A DNA stretch of 64,000 nucleotides, from the NCBI GenBank assembly GCA_032718475.1, contig JAUCBJ010005827.1, positions 1-64,000 on the forward strand, read 5' to 3'. The DNA comes from Nemertoderma westbladi. Taxonomy: Eukaryota; Animalia; Xenacoelomorpha. The notes below the pieces were generated by a model. The model saw only the letters and a list, made by a program, of their open reading frames with translations. It had not been told where the DNA came from and did not search any database. Below, piece after piece: positions 11,401 through 23,400 of the stretch (positions within the stretch are counted from its first letter, which is position 1; every line of letters begins with the position of its first letter). The translations under genes and the position numbers were made by a program.

Positions 11401-14400
11401 CAGTCTGAAAAATCAAGCATTCGTTATTTAGCAAAATTATTTTTATATGATTGTCGTTCGCGAAGTGGGTGCAATTTACGTTCTATCACAAATCTGTGTA
11501 AAATACCTCTCATTAACTCGATCAATGTTACGCACGTTAATAAGTTGAACTACGTTCCTTTTGATGTAGCTGATAGATGGAAATTAGAATTGTGTAGGGA
11601 ATTAATTAATTGTCGTTGTAGCAATATTGATATACCTGGTTTTAATGTTGATGAGATTACTGATATCCTTAATTATATTACTACATGTTAGTTAAATATT
11701 CTTTATATTATTGCCTATAAATATTTTGTTCGATGCCGTGTCATTTACTGCGTGTTCTGTCAGTTATTCATATATAGTACAACATAGTACCGTGTACTAT
11801 GATTATTGTTCATTCATATGTACGAATCTCAATTAAATTAAATTAATATATCATTTTTGGAAACTAGTGTGTTTTGTGCACACCCCCCCCCCCCCCTCAA
11901 ATTTTTTTATACTAGCTAGTTTTTGTTACTTTTTTAAAAAAAATGTTCTAGAACAAATTGTCTATTCATTTTTTTTGTTAATTTTGATCTAGAACAAATA
12001 ATTATTGTTCTAGAACAAAATTAATTAATTAGGTATTTTTGAAGTTATTAAAGCTAGTTTTTTTTATTTTTTTTTTAATCTTCTAGAACATTTCGTCTAT
12101 TTAATTTTGTAAAACGTAATGTTCTAGAACAAATATTTTTTGTTCTAGAACATTTAAAAAAATGTTATTTTGAGGTGTTTTTTATTTGATTAGTAAGTGT
12201 TAAAAACAATTACTAACAACTACAAATTTTCATTGTAGCTAGTGATTTTTATTAAACATGTGATGCAAAGATAACATAGATTTAAAAAATTGACAAAGTT
12301 TACAAATTAGCTAGTTTTTTTGTTTTTTTTTGTTCTAGAACAAATAATATTTGTTCTAGAACAAAATTTTTATATTAAATGAATAGATAATATGCTCTAG
12401 AACATTTTTTTAAAAGGAAACAAAAACTAGCTACCGATAGTTTAAAAAATTTATACAAAGATAACATACAATATAAAAGGAAAAAGATAAACAAATTAAC
12501 TTGTTTTTTTGTATTTTTTGTTCTCTAGAGCAAAAAATATATGTTCTAGAACAAAATTTTTATATTAAATGAATAGATTATATTGTGGTGTTCGCCAGTT
12601 AATGGACATTTACAACATTATTGTTTACGTGGTTGCCGGGCAACCACCAGATATACACAGTTATCTGAGTACTGACTCACGGACAAGCAGCTTATACAAA
12701 TTAACCGTATCCTACCGGTACTGTTGTATTGTACGCCTATCTATGTGACATATGTCATCGCATTATTCAGTTATCGAATATTAATAAGAAAATATAATAT
12801 CGTTCAACTACTCACAATATTATGTTTGGGAATTAGCGTGACGCTAAAATATGTTGTAGAACATTTTTAAAAAAAAGGACTAGAGACAAACAAAAACTTG
12901 CTAGTATAAAAAATTTGAGTGGGGGTGTGCACAAAACACACTAGTACCAAAATTTTGTTCTAGAACAAATATTATTTGTTCCAGAACAAAAAAAAATAGC
13001 TAATTTGTTAATTTTTAAATTTTTTATTCTATGTTATCTTTGTAGGTAAGGCCGCGTTCACACTACCGAGTCAAAGTCAAAGTCAAAAGACAAAATGTAA
13101 ATCACAAAACATTTTTTCTAGAATCCCCTTAAAATGTATTATATTAGGCCTATATAATGTATTATTATTTATTATTGCTAGCTAACTATATTTATTTTAT
13201 TTTGACTTTGACTTTGACTTTGACTCGGTAGTGTGAACGCGGCCTAAAGTAGCGCTAGGTCCAAATCGGTATACCTTAGGTCCTGTAGCGTTAGGTCCCG
13301 TAGCTTTAGGTCCTGGCGCGTTAGGTCCTGTAGCATTAGGTCCAATAGCATATATCTGACTGTTGATTCTCTATTAATCTATTCACAATGTCCCTAACTC
13401 TCGTTTATTGTTTTGGTTTCTTTCAACTCGCCTCTGTAACCTGCTCCTTTACTAACCTGCCTGGTTTTGGAGGCAGACTGGACCTACTGACCTAATGCCA
13501 CGGACCTAACGCTACCAGGACCTAACGCCACGGACCTAATGCTACCAGGACCTAATGCCACGGACCTAACGCACCATCTCTTTGTATCACATATTTAATA
13601 AAAATCACTAGCTACAATAAAAATTTGTAGTTGTTAGTAATTGTTTTTAACACTTACTAATCAAATAAAAAATACCATAAAATAACATTTTTTTAAATGT
13701 TCTAGAACAAAAAATAGTTGTTCTAGAACATTACTTTTAAAAAAATAAATAGAAGATATCTTCAAGAACATTTTTTTAAAAAAATAAGGAAAACTAGCTT
13801 TGATAACTTCAAAAATACCTAATTAATTAATTTTGTTCTGGAACAAATTAATAAAAAAAATGAATAGATAATATGTTTTAGAACATTTAAAAAAAGTACC
13901 AAAAACTAGCTACCCGTTCCGTACTCGTTAGTAACTAACCTGTTACTGTAACGCTACCCGTTCCGTACTCGTTAGTAACTAACCTGTTACTGTAACGTTA
14001 CCCGTTCCGTACTCGTTAGTAACTAACCTGTTACTGTAACGCTACCCGTTCCGTACTCGTTAGTAACTAACCTGTTACTGTAACGCTACCCGTTCCATAC
14101 TCGTTAGTAACTAACCTGTTACTGTAACGCTACCCGTTCCGTACTCGTTAGTAACTAACCTGTTACTGTAACGCTACCCGTTCCGTACTCGTTAGTAACT
14201 AACCTGTTACTGTAACGCTACCCGTTCCGTACTCGTTAGTAACTAACCTGTTACTGTAACGCTACCCGTTCCGTACTCGTTAGTAACTAACCTGTCACTG
14301 TAACGTTACACGTTACGCCATCCGTTCCAAACTCGTTACTCAATCGCAACTCGTAGGTTCCCGAGTCGGAACGTTCACTCCGCGGAACAACCAAACTAGT

Positions 14401-17400
14401 CGAGTATTCCCTTGTATCCAAGGTAACCCGATTACTTTCAGAAGAAACGATCTCAGAGTCTTTCATCCATTCAACAGTTGGTGGCGGACTACCATCAAAT
14501 AGAACAGGAAGTCGAATTACGTCACCTTTTCTCACGATAAGATTTCGCAATCGACTGTCTATATCCAAAGATGGCCGAGCTAAATAAAGAAAAGTTGTTG
14601 AAGACATTTGCGGTTTTATCATGCAAAGTGGTTATTTTATGCCTCAATACTATATATTTTAATTAATTTGTAATTAAATGAAAAAAATGATTGTAACACT
14701 AATAAGACTGATTGACAGAAAGACCAACCTTTACTAGGTTTCGCCCGAATAGGTCTGTCTGTGAGACTGGGTTGGCTGGCCCCGACCTCGTTGATAGCGG
14801 ACACTCGGAACTCGTATTCCGCACCTTCGCTGAGTTGGTCGACCCTCGCTCGTGGATTCAGTACCGGGTCTCGCGTCACTCGTACCCATCTAATAATCCA
14901 AACAAACCTTCAATAAACTGAGTGCCAGATGCGCAATACTTAGCCGAGCTGTTCTAGGGGTCTCAACCTCGAATGATACGTTTGTTTTATCGAGAATAAC
15001 TTACGTACTTTTAAACCAGGTATTAGTGTAAAAAAAATTTGAATCAAGTAATTTTATATCATTTATATTTATTATTTTTTATATTTTTATTTATAGTTGT
15101 TTAACAGTTCTTTTAATGATAAATCTTAGTTCCTATAATAACAAACTCCACGAAAAGACAGCTTGCCAACACCCTGTTAATTAAGGTATACACAATAAGG
15201 TTGACAACAATTATTAATGATTGTATATCCTTAAGTATCATCAGTGACATAAATAGATATTTTTTTATTTTGGTCTGTGGTACAGTTAGATTTTGACGAT
15301 TGTTCCATTATTGTATTGTGTGGTCGTTTTTACAATAATTGGGCCATAAGTTTTGGATATATAATAAAAAGCCACATCAACTTGACATAATCCCCAGTGC
15401 AAGTGTCATAGTGTCTCATTTGTATAAATACTTGCCTTGGAGAAGATATATCACGTTTCTCCACAAGGTAACCTGTGATTGGTCTACCTCCATCTCTCCG
15501 TGGAGGGTCCCAGGACAAAACGACAAAGTTTTTATTAACATCCTCCACTTCTGGTGTCCCGGGTGGACTGGGGACTTCTGTAATTTAATTCATACAAATA
15601 ATTATTTACTTTGTGGATTCAATATATTCACTAAGTATAGTCAATTTCACAGTACAAACTATTCAATTAATACTAACCATGTCATATTGCTAACAATCAA
15701 ATAGAATAAATATATAACATTATTAACAATCTTATTAGTACTAAATTATCTAACATCAATAACTAACAGAACAATCTAACATTACTAACCAAACATATTC
15801 TTTGCTGTAACAGGAGTGCCTAGCAACGGCTCGTCACAGACTCCCATATCATTCTCAGAATAAACTCTAAACTCGTAATCATTATTCTCGGTTAATCGTG
15901 GAACCTGGAAAGAAGGGAATATGTAACAGTAGGACAGATAACTCCACAAATATAACCTTATATTGAATGGATATGCGGCCCAACAGCTCAATTACTATTA
16001 ACCTACCTTATATGTAGTTCTACTAGCCGTGCTAGTAACTCGAGTCCAGTCACCGTTCCGCGTTTTATCCCGTTTCTCTACGATGTAAGTTAGATCCGAG
16101 TAGCCGCCGGTGTACTTAGGGGGTTTCCATTCCAAGGTGATCGCATCCTCAGTACGGACTGGGTACTCTAAAGGTCCTTCTGGGGTTCCCGGCTTGTCTA
16201 AAAATGTTTGAGGAGAAAATATATAGCAAACAAAGAGAGGAAATATTAGAAATGTGAAAGATTAACAATTTAATGGAATAATCTTTTAGGCTCGTTAGGC
16301 CAAGGAATGCCTGTTCACCACCATGGGTGATCTTCCACAGTAAACACTTCTACTCTGTTTCCCAAAGGAATGCCTGTTCACCACCATGGGTGATCTTCCA
16401 CAGTAAACACTTCTACTCTGTTTCCCAAAGGAATGCCTGTTCACCACCATGGTTGATCTTCCACAGTAAACACTTTCACTCTGTTTCCCAAAGGAAGGCC
16501 TGTTCACCACCATGGGTGATCTTCCACAGTAAACACTTTCACTCTGTTTCCCAAAGGAATGCCTGTTCACCAACATGGGTGATCTTCCACAGTAAACCCT
16601 TCCACTCTGTTTCCTAAAGGAATGCCTGTTCACCACCATGGGTGATCTTCCACATTAAACTCTTCCACTCTGTTTCCTAAAGGAATGCCTGTTCACCACC
16701 ATGGGTGATCTTCCACATTAAACCCTTCCACTCTGTTTCCTAAAGGAATGCCTGTTCACCAACATGGGTGATCTTCCACAATAAACCCTTCCTCTCTGTT
16801 TCTTAGAGGAATGCCTGTTCACCACCATGGGTGATCTTCCACAGTAAACCCTTCCACTCTGTTTCCCAAAGGAATGCCTTCACAACCCAAAGAACTAAAT
16901 CTAAATATTAGATTTAGTTACTCAAATAGTATTCAGGTATAAGAAAACAAGCGCGAAATCGCGCAAAGGTCCGCATCTACTAACGCATTAACTGACTCCT
17001 TCAATGGCTTACTAACAATCTTACAACAAAAAAATTATGTTTATAACTCAGTGGCTCTGCCAACTGAGCCACTGGGATCGTATCAAACCCTAATACTAGA
17101 GGTGTCGCTACACGGACATAAAAATTACTAACCAAGAACAGTGACTTTAACATCCAGTTCAATGTCACCAAGTTCATTGGTGGCTTTAACTTTGTAAACG
17201 CCGCTGTCGTTTCCTGATGCGGACGTACAAACAACCGACGTCATTCCTCCAGTATCCTCTATGCGTAGACGGTCATTGGATATTAGTGATCGCGTCCCGT
17301 TGAACCACTCAATGTGCGGGGGTGGGGATCCATGGTAACTAATATCTATGTGGAATGGGTTTCCTTTCCGAACTGTAATATTTTTAATTCTAAAAGGAAA

Positions 17401-20400
17401 AACAGGAAAAGTTTAAAAAATAACGTTAAGGTAAATTTGTGTCGAATCGAATTTGTACCGGTCGAACCAGTAAATATCCGAATAAGATATCATAATATAA
17501 TTATTATGATTCAATGATGGACGTATATATACATCAAAATACATGGATGTATCACTTTGCAATAATACCTCATTTAAAAGCGACAAAGATTTACGAAATA
17601 GCTAATATTATATTTTAGAGGGATTCGTAAATTTTGAATAAATTGAAAAATCCTGCAACTTGTATTTATTTGGTTGAGTCGCGTTGATAATTAGTTAACT
17701 TACCTAGGTTGCATATCAAGAGATGGTCGTGACGCCTGCGCCATGACCAGCACTGAGTCAGTGGGGGATGAGTAGGGGCCTGTCCCGGATGCGTTCTCGG
17801 CACAAACTCGAAACAGATACTCCTCGCCACGGACCAGATCAGGTACGCGGAATCTTAAAAATAATATAGAAATATTAGAAACGCGGGTCCCAAATAATTT
17901 TAAACATCGGAGTTTATTTACTCCAGATGATTAACCAAATGCAGTTAATCGCATTAGTTTTTGCATACTCTATAGTTAATCGCCATCTCATAATGATAAT
18001 CAATGCACTTGGCTTTGAATATCTGGTTATTTGTAAACTTTTAACTTACTCAGTCTCTTTTATTGGAGTTTTATTAGATTTAATCCAATCATCGGATCCT
18101 TTCTTACAATACTCGAGATTATACCCAGTGATTCTAGAACCCCCGTCATGATACGGTTTATTCCAAGTTAGTGTTACACTATTATCTGAGACGGCAGCCG
18201 GGTAGAGGCCAGAAGGCTCGCCAGGAGGACCTGAAATTCGGATAATTAATATTTAAAAAAATATAATAGGAACTTTTAGAATTAACCAAACCCAGCAACC
18301 CACCACCATCCCAGACTCATAAGGAGCAATCACAACTCACAAGGCTCACTGTTAACAGGCTCACAACTCACAAGGCTCACTGATAACAGGCTCACAACTC
18401 ACAAGGCTCACTGTTAACAGGCTCACAACTCACAAGGCTCACTGATAACAGGCTCACAACTCACAAGGCTCACTGATAACAGGCTCACTAGGCCACTTAC
18501 CTTTAGGTTCACTTGCTGTAATGACCTCAGATGGTTTACTAGGTTTGCTTGGTCCGGCCTTATTTACGGCTATCACTCTGAATTCATACTCGGAACCGTC
18601 AATCAAATCATCCAATGTGATTTCATTTGCTGCAATTAAATTATAATCAATTAATTGTATAGTGTCTGGAAATATTATCGTGTCACGTGTAATCTGTCCG
18701 TCCCCATGTCAGTCCTCCTACCCAGACATCTGTCCGTCAATGTTTTGAAAAACTTGTCCGAAACCCAACCTGAAACGGGGTGCCTGTTGGCGCGCAACCA
18801 ACCTGATACGGGGTGTCTGTTGGCGCGCAACCATCTTGGGCTGGTTGTTTCTCGTCGTTCCACTGTGTAGCCGGTAATAGGCGAACCGCCATCGTGCGAC
18901 GGAGGTTTCCATGCCAACGCGATAAATCCCTTCCCGGTGCGCGTAGATCGAGGTACTCCTGGTGCATCTGGGGGATCTAAAAAACAACAACAACAACAAC
19001 AATGCATAGCAATCAAATAAAAGATATATCTTTCTTAGAGCGATATATCTCTCCAAAGAGATCTCTTCCGCTGAGTAAGATATATCCATTCCAAAAAGAG
19101 AGATATTTTTCTTAGAGATATCTCTTTTGTAGAGTGATATATATTTCTACATATGCTTACTAGAGAGATAAACTATGTATTGAGTTAATAAACTAAGTAT
19201 TATTTCTTAAAGAAATATGTTTCTTAGAGAGATATCTTTCTTAGAGATAGACATGTTTCTTAAAGAGAGATATCTTTTTTAGAGATATATCTTTCTTAGA
19301 CATATCTTTTTTAGAGATATATCTTTCTTAGACATATCTTTTTTAGAGATATATCTTTCTTAGACATATCTTTTTTAGAAAGATATCTTTCATAGACATA
19401 TCTTTCCAAGAGATTATCTTTCTCAGAGATATATCTTTCTTAGAGATAGACATGTTTCTTAAAGAGAGATATCTTTTTTAGAGATATATCTTTCTTAGAC
19501 ATATCTTTTTTAGAAAGATATCTTTCATAGACATATCTTTCCAAGAGAGTATCTTTCTCAGAGATATATCTTTCATCTTTCTTAGAGAGATATCTTGCTT
19601 AGACATATCTTTTCTTAGACATATCTTTTCTTAGAGACATATCTTTTCTTAGAGAGAAAACTTTCTAAGAATGATATTATGTATTTCCAGATGGATTCTC
19701 CATCCCAGGATATCTCGTATCGTTCATGATATCATACCATAAGGATTCTTTGCCACCAATGTTGCGCCATCTAGCGGTTCACCGACGCCATACATATTTT
19801 CCGCGCGAATTCTAAACTGATATTCAGTTCCTTCAACGAGATTGCGAGCGCAGTAGGAGCACCTGGAAAAAACAGTAGGAGTGGAACTCTAAGCAAATTG
19901 TCTATCAAGTTGACAGCTTTACAGACTTACTTACTAGAGTGGGGTAGTGAGATTTGAAAATAGAAGACAACGCAGAATAATTACATATCGGTAAATATGA
20001 GAACGATTTTATATTAATTACGCATTTTATATAGAATTGAGTGTAGACTCATAAATTACAACTCGTTTCCTTGAGGGTCATAAAGAAAAATATATCGATT
20101 ATTGATGTTACTATACACAAAACTATCGGAACAGATAATGCCTTTTTACCTTAATGGTAGTAAAGGCATATCCATGATAAAAAAAGAACAGGAATAGCAT
20201 TTAAAATGTTTACAAAAAGATGGCAACTTACTTGGATAGAGTAGATGTAAGAGGAGCCCAGATCCCTTCCCGCCTCCCATCCCGTCTCTCAACCACATAG
20301 GCGAGAATCTCAGAACCCCCGTTGTCCTCCGGCGGTTGCCACGACAACATAGCACTCTCGTTCGTGACGTCAGACGCGACGAGTGGGCCACTCGGAGGTC

Positions 20401-23400
20401 CTGGTTTATCTAAATAAATTGAAATAAAACCGAATGTTAAACTGTTACGGTAAGCGCCATGAACCAACTCCAGTATAAATAGTTAAATGAATTTTAGTTG
20501 AGTTGATAATGCAAATATAATAAATGATATAATTTTAATATGATGATGCTCAGAGATGGAAAAAATGAGGAAGCTCACCATCGCTATACGTACGCTTCCG
20601 ACTTCCGAAGTACCCCGACTTACCCAACACCGATACCCCGCAGTCAGCCTCCTCCGTGCCCCGACTTACCCAACACCGATAACCCGCAGTCAGCCTCCTC
20701 CGTGCCCCGACTTACCCAACACCGATACCCCGCAGTCAGCCTCCTCCGTGCCCCGACTTACCCAACACCGATGCCCCGCAGTCAGCCTCCTCCTTGCCCC
20801 GACTTACCCAACACCAATACCCCGCAGTCAGCCTCCTCCGTGCCCCGACTTACCCAACACCAATACCCCGCAGTCAGCCTCCTCCGTGCCCCGACTTACC
20901 CAACACCGATGCCCCGCAGTCAGCCTCCTCCTTGCCCCGACTTACCCAACACCAATACCCCGCAGTCAGCCTCCTCCGTGCCCCGACTTACCCAACACCA
21001 ATACCCCGCAGTCAGCCTCCTCCGTGCCCCGACTTACCCAACACCAATACCCCGCAGTCAGCCTCCTCCGTGCCCCGACTTACCCAACACCAATACCCCG
21101 CAGTCAGCCTCCTCCGTGCCCCGACTTACCCAACACCAATACCCCGCAGTTAGCCTCCTCCGTGCCCGACTTACCCAACACCGATACCCTGCAGTCAGCC
21201 TCCTCCATACCCCGACTTACCCAACACCGATACCCCGCATGTAAAAGCTTTTGCGGAATTAGCTGGTTATTTTTCCCGCAAAGTACTCTGTAGTTGGTTT
21301 AACGGACATAAAAAGCCGTTTCCTTACTGTACCGGTGTTTTAGTGGACATAAAATCCATTTCTTCTGTATGTGTACTTTAGCGGACATAACTAGCAATTT
21401 TATGTCGCAATATGCTAAAATCCTCTTGACACAGTGTAGTTACCATGACGACATCAACAGCTGATATGTCCACGTGTAACATTTCTTTGTTCTTTGTTCT
21501 CTCTTTGTTCGGTCGACCAATCAGAGCGTTTTTTGACTCTGTGTTGGAGGTTGTATACAGAAACTCATGAATTGAGTCAGTATGTGTATTTTGTCCACAG
21601 CCAGAAGACCGGCTTTGGAACCTCTGTGTTTTCAGGCTTTAGCAAAACATTAAGTAGGCTTGATCATAGAAACGTATATCTGTTATCCTACTCAAACTAA
21701 TCAATGCAAATCATATTGTCAACTGCAAACACCGCATTTTTACTGCTATTTACTGTCGGTCATTAATTATATCGGTTGATGGAATATTATTATATTTGGA
21801 TAATATCGATCAATAATCAGAAACCCCAATCTTCTTGATATACTGAAGGTTAGAGAGACCGGTTACATATAACAATTGCGACTTACATTATATTGGTTTT
21901 GGAGTGAATCTAATGCTATTTCATAGGCACTACATGAGTCGGTTGCTGTTCTCTTTATATGTGACTAAAATTAGTGAAGGTCGGCAGATCGGTGTGCAGC
22001 ATTGTGCGGTAGTGTGCAGGATTGTGACTGATAACAAAGCATCTCCTAAAGAATGCGCTTTATACGTGAATCCATAGCCGTCCCGTTGTGTCTAGTGTAA
22101 GTCATAACTCTGTTTACATATTTAGAGCGCCACGTCCTAAAGGAACTGTTAATATTTCCCGAAAGTGAATAATATTTGTCAGAAATTATATATTAACGAT
22201 CAGTCGAATAATACAGTAGGCCTACACCGCAATAAGGTCAAGCTTCCGAATCCAGTCTCCCGGGTATATCCAGCGGGTGAATGGTCGCGCATAGACTGGC
22301 TTCGGCTAATGTAGTGTATCAAATACTCGTCATAGGCTAAAGTCGATTTATAATCTAGAAGACATCCAAATTTGGCAGGTTAAACTGCTAAAGGTCTAAA
22401 AGCGCGAACACCGCAGTCAGCCTCCTCCGTGCCCGACTTACCCAACACCGATACCCTGCAGTCAGCCTCCGCCGTGCCGAACTCGTTCTCCAATAGTAAA
22501 CGATAAACCCCGCTGTCCGAGCGTTGACTCCTTGTTGTCTGGACAACCGTGGATAGACTGGACGTGTTGACACCGACCCTGTCGGTAGGTAACAGGACGC
22601 GAGTGTCCTTGGTCCAGGTCGCCTTGGGAGCGGGAGATCCCTCGATATCGCACGGAATACGGAATGTATCGCCGGCGCGCACTGTTAGGTTTCGCAGACG
22701 GGGGTCCATCTTTATTTCCGGTTTGCCTAAATCCCAAACAAAACAATTAAAATCTCAAATTTAGTCAGTAAAGTGATGTATTTTATAAACTACTACACTA
22801 CACAGTACATTAGAACACAGATATCGGCTCTTTTATGTAAAAATTAACTGTAGTTATCAATGAACGCGAAACAAGAAACAGCGAAAGTAACCCAGGAGGC
22901 TTCTCTCTCATAAATGCTCCTATAAGACGAGCCGGACTCCACACTAACTCTCAAGGTTAAACATTCGCTACAAGGTTCTATTATCGCTGGGTCGGCCCAC
23001 GTGATCTATTAATAGTATTTCTGGCACTGTTGGAAACAAATCCCCGTCACAACTAACAGGTAGATTTACAAGCAGCCAGTTCGGCGACCATCTCTAGTCC
23101 TGTATCCATAAGAAACCGAAAAAAAATTACCAATTCATTTGCGTAGAAATAAAGTTACTTTTTATTATTGGGCTTTGAGTCTTACATTTCATAGGTTTTA
23201 CGCGAATTGGGTGGGGCGTTTCGCACGGAGCCGATTCACCCGCGGCATTGACGGCCATCACACGGAACATCTGTTCCGAGCCCTCCTGGAGGTTGGGAAC
23301 GGTGAAGCTGGTGCCGTCCACTGGTTGCGGGGTAACGCGTTGCCATCGCGACGCCGTGACGTCACGTCGCTCAACGACGTAGCCCGTAATCGGTTTGCCG

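Larger units (their letters stand above)
8248..11850 (+). mobile_element. Degenerate 5'-truncated CR1/L2-group LINE (RT), split by a Helitron
   Basis: [45 protein letters not shown] with frameshifts; frame resumes after 11256 (..RI|YSSWNINIR..); (AATTA)n tail near 11831. Confidence 0.85.

Noticed and set aside
12586-12848. Possible short solo LTR inside the foldback region
   Set aside because: Starts TG with ATAT on both flanks but does not end in CA; evidence too weak.
16302-16880. 63-bp array as another donor-derived ladder
   Set aside because: Lies mid-intron about 250 nt from the donor and shows no visible similarity to the flanking exons.
17045-17092. tRNA-like A-box (TGGCTCAGTTGGCAGAGC, minus strand)
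   Set aside because: No downstream B-box or cloverleaf; at most a SINE fragment.
20540-21293. Pro-rich plus-strand ORFs in three frames
   Set aside because: Translations of the 46-bp array, which lacks stops on that strand.
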